A program made the translations under genes and the position numbers. This document shows positions 30,195-39,138 of a stretch of 64,000 bases of DNA, piece by piece. Numbering within the stretch: position 1 is the stretch's first letter; each line of letters begins with the position of its first letter. A model generated the notes under the pieces. That model made no database searches. It was not told where the DNA came from and was given only the letters and a program-made list of their open reading frames with translations. Source of the DNA: Caldisericia bacterium (GTDB taxonomy: Bacteria; Caldisericota; Caldisericia; JAAYUI01); NCBI GenBank assembly GCA_963674785.1, contig OY771555.1:1344001-1408000 (forward strand), written 5' to 3'.

Positions 30195-33100
30195 ATGAGT
30201 GAAACAATAACAACAAACCCAAAAAATGTAAAAGGCTCAGTCCTCGTTGTCGGTGGTGGTATTGGTGGTATTCAGACAGCTCTCGACCTTGTTGAATCAG
30301 GTTTCCATGTAACACTTGTTGAGAAGAATCCAACAATTGGTGGAACAATGGGACAGCTGGACAAAACATTCCCAACCAATGATTGTTCCATGTGTATTCT
30401 CTCTCCAAAACTCGTTGAGTGTGGTCGTGAATTGAATATCGACATCATTACAGGTGCTGAGGTTACACACATCAGCGGAAGACCAGGTGATTTCAAGGCT
30501 GAAATCAATGTAACACCAAGATATGTTGATGAGTCACTTTGTACAGGTTGCGGTACTTGTACTCAGTACTGCCCTGTTATCGTTGATTCGAAATTCAATG
30601 AAGGATTGATGGAGAGAAGAGCAATCTATATTGACTTCCCACAGGCAATTCCACTTGTTGCAAAAATTGATAAAGATGCATGTATCGGCTGTCAGATGTG
30701 CGAAAATGTTTGTCTTGCCAAAGCTGTAAAGTTTGGTGATGAGACAACAAAAAGGACAATTGATGTCGGTGCAGTAATTCTTTGTCCAGGATTTGAAGAG
30801 TTTGATGCAGAATCAAAGAAGGAATATGGATACGGAAGATATCCAAATGTTATGACCTCGATTCAGTATGAGAGAGTTCTCAATGCATCAGGTCCATTTG
30901 GTGGACATGTTCTTAGACCATCCGATGGTATGATTCCGAAACGCATCGCTTGGATTCAGTGTGTTGGTTCAAGAGATCCACACATTGATAAACCATATTG
31001 TTCTGGTGTCTGTTGTATGTATGCAACAAAAGAAGCGATTATGACACAGGAACACGTCGAAGATGTCGAAGAGACAATCTTCATCATGGATATGAGAGCT
31101 GTCGGAAAAGGATTTGAACAATACTACAACAGAGCTCAGGGTGAATGGGGAATCAGGTACGTAAGAAGTAGACCTGGTGAGGTCATGGAAGATCCAAAGA
31201 CAAACAATCTTCTTATCAGATATGAGGATGAAGATGGTTCGGAAAAAACTGAAGAGTTTGATTTGGTCATTCTTTCTGTCGGACTTCAAACCGCAAAAGA
31301 GCAGAGAAAACTTGCAGATGATCTTGGTTTGACTCTTACCCAGGATGGATTTGCTCAGACAGAATACACAAATCCACTTGCAACAAGCAGAGATGGTATC
31401 TATGTTGCAGGAGCATTCTCTGGACCAAAAGACATTCCAGAAACAGTAGCTGGAGCAATCGGTGCAGCTGTAAAAGCTGGTGCTGACTGTGCAGCTGCAA
31501 GAAATACAGCGTTAAAAGAGAAGGAATATCCACCAGAAAAAGATGTCAGCAATGAAGAACCAAGAGTTGGTTGTTTCATCTGTCATTGTGGTATCAACAT
31601 TGCAAATACGGTTGACGTTCTAAATGTTGTTGAGTATGCAAAATCATTACCAAATGTGGAGTTTGCAACAAACAACCTCTACACATGTTCTCAGGACACC
31701 CAGGAGGCGATGGCAAAAATCATTAAGGAACACAACCTTAATAGAATTGTTGTTGCATCTTGTACCCCAAGAACTCACCTTCCACTCTTTAAAGAAACCC
31801 TTAAAGAGGCAGGACTAAATCCATATCTTGTTGAGATGGCAAACATCAGAGAACACTGTTCATGGATTCACCAAAAGGATCCAATGCAGGCAACTGATAA
31901 AGCAAAAGACCTTGTAAGAATGGCTGTTGCAAAAGCAAGAATCCTTACTCCTCTTGCGGTAACATCTATCCCGGTCACAAATTCAGTTCTTGTTGTTGGT
32001 GGTGGTGCAGCTGGAATGAACGCAGCACTTGATGTTGCAAAGAACGGCTACAAGGTAACACTTGTTGAAAAAACAGATAAACTTGGTGGAAACCTTCAGC
32101 ATGCAATGTATACAAATGAAATTGGAGATATGCAGGCATATCTTAAATCTCTTACATTTGATGTTGAGAGAAACAAGAATATCACTGTCAAAATGGAAAC
32201 CACACTCTCTGATCTTTCAGGTTCAGTTGGAAACTTCCTGCCAAAACTGAAGGGTAAAAAAGGTGAGGAAGAGATTAATGTTGGATCAATCATTATTGCA
32301 ACTGGTGCCGAACAGATAACTCCAAAGGATTATAAGTACGGAACAGATGAACGTATCATGACTCAGCTTGAGCTTGAAAGACGAATTATCTCTGGCAAGT
32401 GTGATACTGACAAAATTAAATCTGTGGTTATGATTCAGTGTGTCGGTTCTCGTGGTGATGATGATCATCAGTATTGCTCCAGAGTTTGTTGTTCAACAGC
32501 AATGGCAAATGCAAATCTTCTAAAGGAAGAGAATCCAGACATTGAGGTTTATGTTCTTTACAGAGACATCAGAACTTATGGATTCAGAGAGCATTACTAT
32601 AATAAAGCACGTGAAAATGGTGTCACTTTTGTAAGATGGGATCCAGAAAATAGACCTGAGGTTCTTGATAAGGGTGGAAAACTCTTTGTGAAGGTTCATG
32701 AGCCAATCCTAAAGGGTAGCCTTGAAATTCCAGCTGACAGAATTGTTCTTTCTGCCGGAATCAAGCCAAACGAAGATAATGAAGAGATTGCGCAGATTCT
32801 CAAGGTTCCAACAAATGATGAAGGATTCTTCCTTGAGGCACATCCAAAACTCAGACCTGTTGATTTTGCAACAGAAGGAATCTTCTTCTGCGGAATGGCA
32901 TATCATCCAAGAATGCTCGACGAAACAATATCTCAGGCATCTGCAGCTGCCTCAAAGGCAATGACAATTATCTCAAAACAATCACTCAAATCAGAGGCAT
33001 CTATTGCAAGTGTTAACAAAGATGTCTGCGATGGTTGTAGAATTTGTCTTGCGGTTTGCCCATACAATGCAATCAATTTGAAATTCGAAGATCGGGATGA

Positions 33101-33254
33101 CAAACAAGGTAAAGCTGATGTTGACCCAGCACTTTGCAAAGGTTGTGGAGCATGTGCAGCAACATGTCCATCTGGTGCAATGGAGCAACTCGGATTTACA
33201 ACTGATCAGATAATTGCTCAAATTGATTCCGCTTTGGAAGGAGTAGCTCTATGA
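30195..33254 (+). CDS. hdrA: Large heterodisulfide reductase subunit A with two FAD modules
   Basis: VVGGGIGG, LDKTFPTNDC, IQCVGSR, GPKDIP, ICHCGINI, CTPRTH, second VVGGGAAG, HPKLRPVD, C-terminal 2[4Fe-4S]. Confidence 0.95.
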   Translation: MSETITTNPKNVKGSVLVVGGGIGGIQTALDLVESGFHVTLVEKNPTIGGTMGQLDKTFPTNDCSMCILSPKLVECGRELNIDIITGAEVTHISGRPGDFKAEINVTPRYVDESLCTGCGTCTQYCPVIVDSKFNEGLMERRAIYIDFPQAIPLVAKIDKDACIGCQMCENVCLAKAVKFGDETTKRTIDVGAVILCPGFEEFDAESKKEYGYGRYPNVMTSIQYERVLNASGPFGGHVLRPSDGMIPKRIAWIQCVGSRDPHIDKPYCSGVCCMYATKEAIMTQEHVEDVEETIFIMDMRAVGKGFEQYYNRAQGEWGIRYVRSRPGEVMEDPKTNNLLIRYEDEDGSEKTEEFDLVILSVGLQTAKEQRKLADDLGLTLTQDGFAQTEYTNPLATSRDGIYVAGAFSGPKDIPETVAGAIGAAVKAGADCAAARNTALKEKEYPPEKDVSNEEPRVGCFICHCGINIANTVDVLNVVEYAKSLPNVEFATNNLYTCSQDTQEAMAKIIKEHNLNRIVVASCTPRTHLPLFKETLKEAGLNPYLVEMANIREHCSWIHQKDPMQATDKAKDLVRMAVAKARILTPLAVTSIPVTNSVLVVGGGAAGMNAALDVAKNGYKVTLVEKTDKLGGNLQHAMYTNEIGDMQAYLKSLTFDVERNKNITVKMETTLSDLSGSVGNFLPKLKGKKGEEEINVGSIIIATGAEQITPKDYKYGTDERIMTQLELERRIISGKCDTDKIKSVVMIQCVGSRGDDDHQYCSRVCCSTAMANANLLKEENPDIEVYVLYRDIRTYGFREHYYNKARENGVTFVRWDPENRPEVLDKGGKLFVKVHEPILKGSLEIPADRIVLSAGIKPNEDNEEIAQILKVPTNDEGFFLEAHPKLRPVDFATEGIFFCGMAYHPRMLDETISQASAAASKAMTIISKQSLKSEASIASVNKDVCDGCRICLAVCPYNAINLKFEDRDDKQGKADVDPALCKGCGACAATCPSGAMEQLGFTTDQIIAQIDSALEGVAL

Positions 33255-33706
33255 GTGACGAAAAAACTCCATTAATCGTTGTACTTTCATGTAACTGGTG
33301 TACATATGCCGGAGCTGACCTTGCTGGTGTTTCAAGATTCCAGATGCCAACAAATTTCAGACTTATTAGGGCAATGTGTTCAGCCAGAATTGACCCCGAG
33401 ATGGTTTTAAGAGCTTTTGCAAAAGGAGCTGACGGTGTTATTGTCGCCGGATGCCATCCAGGTGACTGCCACTATATCTCTGGTAACTACAGAGAGAGAA
33501 GAAGAATAAAACTTCTTGAAAGACTTCTAAAACAGATTGGTATATCTCCAAAAAGATTTAGACTCGAGTGGATATCTGCATCAGAAGGTCAAAAATTCTC
33601 TGAAACCATGAGAGAGTTTTCAAATGAAATTGATAAACTCGGACTCTCACCTCTCAGGAAAAAGCTTATCGCAAAAAACCAGGTGAAGGAGGTTGCTCAT
33701 GTCTGA
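33251..33706 (+). CDS. mvhD: Methyl viologen-reducing hydrogenase delta subunit
   Basis: CNWCTYAGADLAG, MCSAR, GCHPGDCHYISGN, WISASEG. Confidence 0.96.
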   Translation: MSDEKTPLIVVLSCNWCTYAGADLAGVSRFQMPTNFRLIRAMCSARIDPEMVLRAFAKGADGVIVAGCHPGDCHYISGNYRERRRIKLLERLLKQIGISPKRFRLEWISASEGQKFSETMREFSNEIDKLGLSPLRKKLIAKNQVKEVAHV

Positions 33707-34715
33707 AAAGATTAGAATCGCTATAAACCGCGGTGCAACTTGCGATGGTTGCGATATGGCAATCCTTGATATTGATGGACTTCTACTCAATCTTTTTGAG
33801 ATTGCTGATATTGCGTTCGGTCCAACATATATGGATTCAAAGTATGAAGATGTTGAAAAAATGCCAGATAACTACATCACCGCAACCCTTGTACATGGAT
33901 CAATGCGTGATGAAGAAAACATTCATATGGTAAAACTTCTTCGTCAGAAATCAGCTCTTATGATCGCTTTTGGTGCTTGCTCAAGTTTTGGTGGGATCCC
34001 ATCTCTTGCAAACGCTGTTAAGGGTGGAATGCCTCGCATTTGGAAGACTGTTTATGATGAAACTGCATCAACAATCAACCCTGATGGGTTTACACCACAG
34101 TATGAGTGGACTAGCCCAAAGGGAAACAAACTCACACTTCCAAAGGCCGCAGACAAAGTCGTTCCAATGAACGAAATAATCGATGTTGATTATTATCTTC
34201 CAGGTTGTCCACCTTCCGTTGAGTCGATTTCAACATTCATCAAGCTGGTGTATGCTCATGTAAAAGAGGGTGCCCCGCTTCCACCAAAAGGAACGATTGT
34301 TGCCTCAGAAAGAACTCTTTGTGATGAGTGTTCAAGAACAAAACCTGAAAAATACAACATCAAAAAAATTGTAAGACCACACCTTGTTGATCTCGATCCA
34401 GAAAAATGCTTCCTTGAACAGGGGATCATTTGTCATGGAATCGCAACAAGAGCTGGTTGTGGTGCCCAGTGTACAAACATCGGCAACATGCCATGCAGAG
34501 GATGTTATGGACCAACTGCGGATGTTCTTGATCATGGTGCATCAATGCTTTCAGGTTTAGCCTCAGTTCTTGATATGAGAGACAACGAGCTTGACCTTGG
34601 TGAAGATGAACTTGACAAAATTGTTGGGCAGATTGATGACCCACTTGGAACGTTCTATAGATACAGCTTCGGATCTGCATTGATCAATGAAGTTGTCGAA
34701 GATGTAGAGGAGTAG
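33699..34715 (+). CDS. mvhG: Group 3c [NiFe]-hydrogenase small subunit
   Basis: CDGC, AFGACS, YLPGCPP, CDEC, CFLEQGIIC.G.ATRAGC, PCRGCYGP; SD AAGGAGG before ATG 33699. Confidence 0.93.
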   Translation: MSEKIRIAINRGATCDGCDMAILDIDGLLLNLFEIADIAFGPTYMDSKYEDVEKMPDNYITATLVHGSMRDEENIHMVKLLRQKSALMIAFGACSSFGGIPSLANAVKGGMPRIWKTVYDETASTINPDGFTPQYEWTSPKGNKLTLPKAADKVVPMNEIIDVDYYLPGCPPSVESISTFIKLVYAHVKEGAPLPPKGTIVASERTLCDECSRTKPEKYNIKKIVRPHLVDLDPEKCFLEQGIICHGIATRAGCGAQCTNIGNMPCRGCYGPTADVLDHGASMLSGLASVLDMRDNELDLGEDELDKIVGQIDDPLGTFYRYSFGSALINEVVEDVEE

Positions 34716-34720
34716 ATAAA

Positions 34721-36229
34721 ATGGCAGAACCAATCATCTTTGACGAAAAATACAAAACTGATAAGAAGCAATTGACAATTGCCCCAGGCACAAGACTTGA
34801 TGGTCACGTGAAAATTGAGATTTTCCTTGACGATAATGGCAATGTTGATGAGACCTATTTCCAGGTTGTTGAGCTTCGAGGATTTGAAGAATTCTGCAAA
34901 GGCAGACCGGCAGAGGAAATGCCAAGAATCACAACTGCTCTTTGCGGAATCTGTCCATGGGCACATCATCTTGCTTCAACAAAAGCACTTGACATGATGT
35001 TTGGCGTTGAGCCAACCAAGACTGCAAGCATGCTCAGGGAAGCTGCATATTGTGCACACCAGATTCACTCTCATGTCTCTCATTTCTACGCACTTGCTGC
35101 ACCTGACTTTGTTCTTGGGCCAGCAGCTCCAGTTGATGTGAGAAATGTTGTTGGGCTTATTGGTGCGGTTGGTGAAGAACTTGGAAAAACAGTTCTTCAT
35201 ACAAGAGTTGTGGCTCAGCAGATTCAGGAAAGAATCGGTGGAAGAGCAACACATCCTGTTCACGGTCTCCCAGGTGGAGTCAGCAAACCAATCACAAAAG
35301 AAGACAGAGAATGGATTCTTAAGGTCTCTGAACCATTTATTGGTTTTGCTCAGCTTTCACTCAAGATTCTCAATGATATGGTGCTTTCCAACAAAACATA
35401 TCTTGACATCATCTTGAACAAAGACCTTTACTATCATGACAGTTATCACATGGGTCTTGTTGATGAAAACAACAAGATGAATTTCTATGATGGTAAAGTC
35501 AGAGTAATTGATCAGAAGGGCAAAGAGTTTGCCAAGTTTGGTGCCGCTGAGTATCTTGACCACATTGCTGAACAGCCACTCCCATGGTCATACCTCAAGT
35601 TCCCATATCTAAAACAGGTTGGATGGAAAGGACTTGTTGATGGACCAGAATCAGGTCTTTCAAGATCAGCACCACTCTCAAGAATAAATGTAACAGATGG
35701 AATGCCAACACCACTTGCCAATGCTGAGTGGGATAAATACATGTCAACACTTGGTGGAACACCGGTCCAGTTTACTCTCGCAACACATTGGGCAAGACTC
35801 ATTGAAACGCTTTATGCTGCCGAGAGACTCAAAGAACTCATGGAAGATGATGCAATTCTCGACACCAATGTCAGAAATATTCCAACTTCCAACAACAAAG
35901 AAGGAATGGGTATTGTTGAGGCTCCACGTGGCACACTTGTTCATCACTACAAATCAGATGACAATGGCATGATCACAGATGTCAACCTCATCGTTGCAAC
36001 TGCATTCAATCATGGTGCAATCTGTATCGACACCGACAGAGTCGCAAAAGGTCTCATCAAAGACGGAATGGTCTCAGATGGAATCTTCAACATGATCGAG
36101 ATGGTATTCAGATGTTATGACCCATGTTTCTCATGTGCAACTCACTCACTTCCAGGTCAGATGCCAATGGAACTTGAGCTTATCCACACAGATGGAAAAA
36201 GAGAGAAAGTCACTCGTAAAGACGTATAG
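34721..36229 (+). CDS. mvhA: Group 3c [NiFe]-hydrogenase large subunit
   Basis: TRLDGH, RGFEEF, CGICPWAH (L1), EAPRGTL.HHY, YDPCFSCATH (L2) plus a cleavable C-terminal tail. Confidence 0.95.
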   Translation: MAEPIIFDEKYKTDKKQLTIAPGTRLDGHVKIEIFLDDNGNVDETYFQVVELRGFEEFCKGRPAEEMPRITTALCGICPWAHHLASTKALDMMFGVEPTKTASMLREAAYCAHQIHSHVSHFYALAAPDFVLGPAAPVDVRNVVGLIGAVGEELGKTVLHTRVVAQQIQERIGGRATHPVHGLPGGVSKPITKEDREWILKVSEPFIGFAQLSLKILNDMVLSNKTYLDIILNKDLYYHDSYHMGLVDENNKMNFYDGKVRVIDQKGKEFAKFGAAEYLDHIAEQPLPWSYLKFPYLKQVGWKGLVDGPESGLSRSAPLSRINVTDGMPTPLANAEWDKYMSTLGGTPVQFTLATHWARLIETLYAAERLKELMEDDAILDTNVRNIPTSNNKEGMGIVEAPRGTLVHHYKSDDNGMITDVNLIVATAFNHGAICIDTDRVAKGLIKDGMVSDGIFNMIEMVFRCYDPCFSCATHSLPGQMPMELELIHTDGKREKVTRKDV

Positions 36230-36238
36230 TTTAAACTT

Positions 36239-36715
36239 ATGAAAATAATTTTAGTTGGAATGGGAAACCCGATCCTGGGAGATGACAGGATCGGGGTTCT
36301 TATTATGAGGGAAATAGAAGCACTTTATAACGCAAGCCATAAACCAAATGGTGATGTTATTTTTGAAGAAGCCAATCTTGGTGGGCTTGCGTTACTCGAT
36401 ATAATCGATGGTTTTGAAAAAGCGATTCTTGTCGATTCTATATCAAGTGGGAGTTATCCAGTTGGTACACTTTTAAGACTCACCAAAGAAGATTTTACTG
36501 AGACGCGACATATCAGTAGCATGCATGATATAAATTTTGCCACAGCCCTTGAAATGGGCGATAAAATGGGTCACAAAATCCCCGTAGAGTTTGATATCTA
36601 TGCTGTAGAAATCAAACCCGCACTCGACTTTATGGCGCCACTTTCTCCTGAACTTGAGGAGATTATGCCAAAGGTTGTCAAAGAGATTGCCAAGAGGTCG
36701 TTGGGGCTTGTATAA
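36239..36715 (+). CDS. Hydrogenase maturation protease
   Basis: GMGNPILGDD, ILVDSI, SSMHD; follows mvhA. Confidence 0.93.
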   Translation: MKIILVGMGNPILGDDRIGVLIMREIEALYNASHKPNGDVIFEEANLGGLALLDIIDGFEKAILVDSISSGSYPVGTLLRLTKEDFTETRHISSMHDINFATALEMGDKMGHKIPVEFDIYAVEIKPALDFMAPLSPELEEIMPKVVKEIAKRSLGLV

Positions 36716-36720
36716 CTATT

Positions 36721-37122
36721 CTAAATTAGTCTAGAGATTATTTGCAAAACTTCTCTAGTGTACTTGTCTGATAGCTCCTTTTCTCTTGGATCTCCAGGTT
36801 CATATCCATGCTCAATTCTGTGAGGTAATGCAACATAATTTATATTGAAATCTATTAACTTCTCTAGAAAGGAGTTGATTTCATTGATTTCGATTGCTAC
36901 TCCTGTTTCTTTTTTGAAGTTTTCTAACAACTCTATTGGTGGAGAACCAGTAGTGAATTTGGCCAAGATTTTGACAATATGTGGAGTGAGATGCCTTGGT
37001 GAAGATGTATTATCAATTCCAAATAGCTGTTTGAAGCTAAGTTTTGTTACCTGTTCAACACTTGAATCCAGGCATCTGAAGATATCGAATCCAATTTTAT
37101 CTTCTAAGTACTTTAAATTCAT
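36721..37122 (-). CDS. Hypothetical helical protein, weakly HEPN-like
   Basis: SD GAGGAGG; 133 aa; 'LPHRIEHG' near the C-terminus. Confidence 0.55.
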   Translation of the reverse strand: MNLKYLEDKIGFDIFRCLDSSVEQVTKLSFKQLFGIDNTSSPRHLTPHIVKILAKFTTGSPPIELLENFKKETGVAIEINEINSFLEKLIDFNINYVALPHRIEHGYEPGDPREKELSDKYTREVLQIISRLI

Positions 37123-37274
37123 AATTCCTCCTCAATGGTATTTGATGCTTAATATGTTATTATTTTCATGAGCAAATGCAATTTGAGATGCTGAATAAAT
37201 AGTATCTGACTTTTTTACTCCCTCCTTCGTATAAGTTACCAAAGGAAAAAATCCTAAAAAAAGGAGGAGCGAAG

Positions 37275-38030
37275 ATGAAAAAGAATAAGATAGCATTAGT
37301 AACAATAATCTGTCTGGTTGCAATTTTTGTAATACCTGTAACAGGGAATGTAAATTTTGTAGACGCTGCCGATCCAATCGTAAACTGCACTTTCAGCACA
37401 ACTTGGAAGAGTAATCCATGGAACTATGAGGTTGCCGAAGGTGCCACAGCTTCGTTTAAATTAATTCTTGCCCCAACTTCGATGTGTGGAATGAGCTTCA
37501 CAATCACTCCACTTACTGAAGGATTCACATTCGATTCATTATCAACAAGCATGGTTTCCGCTCATGAGGAGCGAGAGGTTTCTATTGGTATCAAAATGCC
37601 TGAGAAAAACTATGAAAGCCAACAGTACAAGACTTTCAGGATCAAGATCAATCCATCATCCGGTAACACAAAGGTTCTAGAATTCACTGTAAACTATGTT
37701 CAGAGTTGTGGTGATTTCATTACCGGATGGACTAACAACCCATCAGGTTATGAGGTGGAAGCAGGAAAACAGGCAACATTTGAGTTTATCGTCAAAAACA
37801 GATGTGATGAGGATGATGTGGGAATCACAATTTCAACCGATGACAGATTTATCAGCTTTTCAAACAAGAAATTCAACGTCCTCGCAGACAAACAGTTCAA
37901 AATTCAGGTTTCAGTCACAATGCCACCAACCCGAAGAGGATATGAACCAGAGAGCAATACTTGGGAATTTAAAGTGAAGGGAGATAGTGGAGTCACAAAA
38001 AATGTGAAATTTAGTGTGAATTACAAGTAG
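37275..38030 (+). CDS. Secreted protein with two tandem Ig-like domains
   Basis: Signal peptide; internal repeat 'W..NP..YEV..G..A.F...V.A......I.MP....YE...G.TK...F.VNY'. Confidence 0.8.
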   Translation: MKKNKIALVTIICLVAIFVIPVTGNVNFVDAADPIVNCTFSTTWKSNPWNYEVAEGATASFKLILAPTSMCGMSFTITPLTEGFTFDSLSTSMVSAHEEREVSIGIKMPEKNYESQQYKTFRIKINPSSGNTKVLEFTVNYVQSCGDFITGWTNNPSGYEVEAGKQATFEFIVKNRCDEDDVGITISTDDRFISFSNKKFNVLADKQFKIQVSVTMPPTRRGYEPESNTWEFKVKGDSGVTKNVKFSVNYK

Positions 38031-38051
38031 TTTTTTGCTCTTGGAGTTTTG

Positions 38052-38083
38052 AAAGGGTGAGGCGATACGCCCCACCCTTTTTT
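38052..38083 (+). terminator. Intrinsic terminator
   Basis: GGTG-A-GGCG / CGCC-C-CACC stem followed by a T-run. Confidence 0.75.
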
Positions 38084-38115
38084 GATTTATCAATTTTTCA
38101 CATTATATTTCTCAT

Positions 38116-38658
38116 ATGACAAGACAGTCAATATATTTTATGAGTTCAGGAAGAATAGGCTTTCGCAAGTGGAGGGGGATTGATTTTGAGCTTGCGATGG
38201 AATTATGGGGTGACCATAGGGTGATGCACTTGATTGATAAAAGGTCGCCGCTTACAAGAGAGCAGATCAAAGAAAGATTTGATAGGGAGATAGAAAACCA
38301 GAAAAACTTTGGAATCTCGTATTGGCCATTTTTTGATCGCAACAGAGGAAAACATGAGTTTATAGGGGTGTGTGGGTTGAGACCTTATGGGCTTCAAAAT
38401 GTCCACAAAGAAATGGGATTTCATCTTAAACACGATGAGTGGAGGAAGGGTTATGGTTGGGAAGCAGCAAATGCTGTTATTGATTATGCATTTTCAAGAT
38501 TGAATATTGAGACATTGGTTGCGGGGCATAATCCAAAAAACTTTGCATCCAAAGGCCTGCTTACAAAACTAGGCTTTAAGCATTTTGATGAAGTGTTTTT
38601 TGAGCCAACGGGGATGGTTCACCCGATATATGAATTGAAGAAGGAAAATTGGGGGTGA
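38116..38658 (+). CDS. GNAT family N-acetyltransferase (RimJ/RimL-like)
   Basis: FIGVCGL, EMGFHL...WRKGYGWEAA, NFASKGLLTKLGF. Confidence 0.92.
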   Translation: MTRQSIYFMSSGRIGFRKWRGIDFELAMELWGDHRVMHLIDKRSPLTREQIKERFDREIENQKNFGISYWPFFDRNRGKHEFIGVCGLRPYGLQNVHKEMGFHLKHDEWRKGYGWEAANAVIDYAFSRLNIETLVAGHNPKNFASKGLLTKLGFKHFDEVFFEPTGMVHPIYELKKENWG

Positions 38659-38775
38659 CAACCTGTCTTCCTTTCTGGGGGGGGTATAGGGTATAGAAGA
38701 ATTTTGTATGGCTGTGTAATCTCTTAGACATAAAGAGTTAATGAATCGAAAAAGGTGTGGTTCAAGAGCAACTTC

Positions 38776-38804
38776 CTGGATTCCCGATCAAGTCGGGAAT
38801 GACG
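38776..38804 (-). repeat. REP-like palindrome (CGTC-type)
   Basis: Minus strand reads CGTCATTCCCGACTTGATCGGGAATCCAG; ATTCCCGA / TCGGGAAT stem. Confidence 0.7.
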
Positions 38805-38833
38805 ACTTTTTTGCTTTCCAATAACTAGGGGTC

Positions 38834-38859
38834 GAGATTCCAAATCAAGTTTGGAATGA
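38834..38859 (-). repeat. Second REP-like palindrome
   Basis: GAGATTCCAAA-TCAAG-TTTGGAATGA; same loop and flanks as 38776 with compensatory stem changes. Confidence 0.65.
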
Positions 38860-38887
38860 AGGGTTATAAATATTAAACAAAGTTTTT

Positions 38888-38972
38888 TGGAGCGGGAAAC
38901 GGGATTCGAAGTAGCTTTCCCTCAGCTTGGGAAGCTGATGCTCTACCCGACCTTCAGCTGTAGTTATTCCCG
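38888..38972 (-). pseudogene. Degenerate copy of tRNA-Gly(CCC)
   Basis: Two blocks identical to the tRNA at 39057 (TGGAGCGGGAAACGGGATTCGAA and CCTCAGCTTGGGAAGCTGATGCTCTACCC); T-stem 5' strand replaced and D-arm has an insertion. Confidence 0.75.
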
Positions 38973-39056
38973 GAATAGCTATGTTAGGTTTGATATGAGA
39001 TTCCTAGCTATGTTTAGAATGAAAGACCTCAAACTAAAAGCTGATAAGAAGAAAAA

Positions 39057-39131
39057 TGGAGCGGGAAACGGGATTCGAACCCGCGGCCCTCAGCTTGGGA
39101 AGCTGATGCTCTACCCCTGAGCTATTCCCGC
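39057..39131 (-). tRNA. tRNA-Gly (anticodon CCC), CCA encoded
   Basis: GCGGGAA TA GCTC AGGGGTA GAGC A TCAGC TTCCCAA GCTGA GGGCC GCGGG TTCGAAT CCCGT TTCCCGC TCCA folds into a full cloverleaf. Confidence 0.97.
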
Positions 39132-39138
39132 AATGTTA

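Noticed and set aside
26058-36229. Selenocysteine recoding in Hdr/Mvh subunits
   Set aside because: All ORFs are continuous with Cys at the usual Sec positions; no in-frame TGA is needed.
26058-36715. Methanogenesis or archaeal origin of the contig
   Set aside because: EF-Tu, EF-G, ribosomal proteins, PolA and Lgt are bacterial; Hdr-Mvh is widespread in anaerobic bacteria.
38670-38700. G8 tract as an IS end or phase-variation site
   Set aside because: It is intergenic between convergent units, with no partner repeat or transposase.
38887-39120. 77-aa ORF with an internal repeat
   Set aside because: It is the antisense reading of the tRNA-Gly and its degenerate copy.
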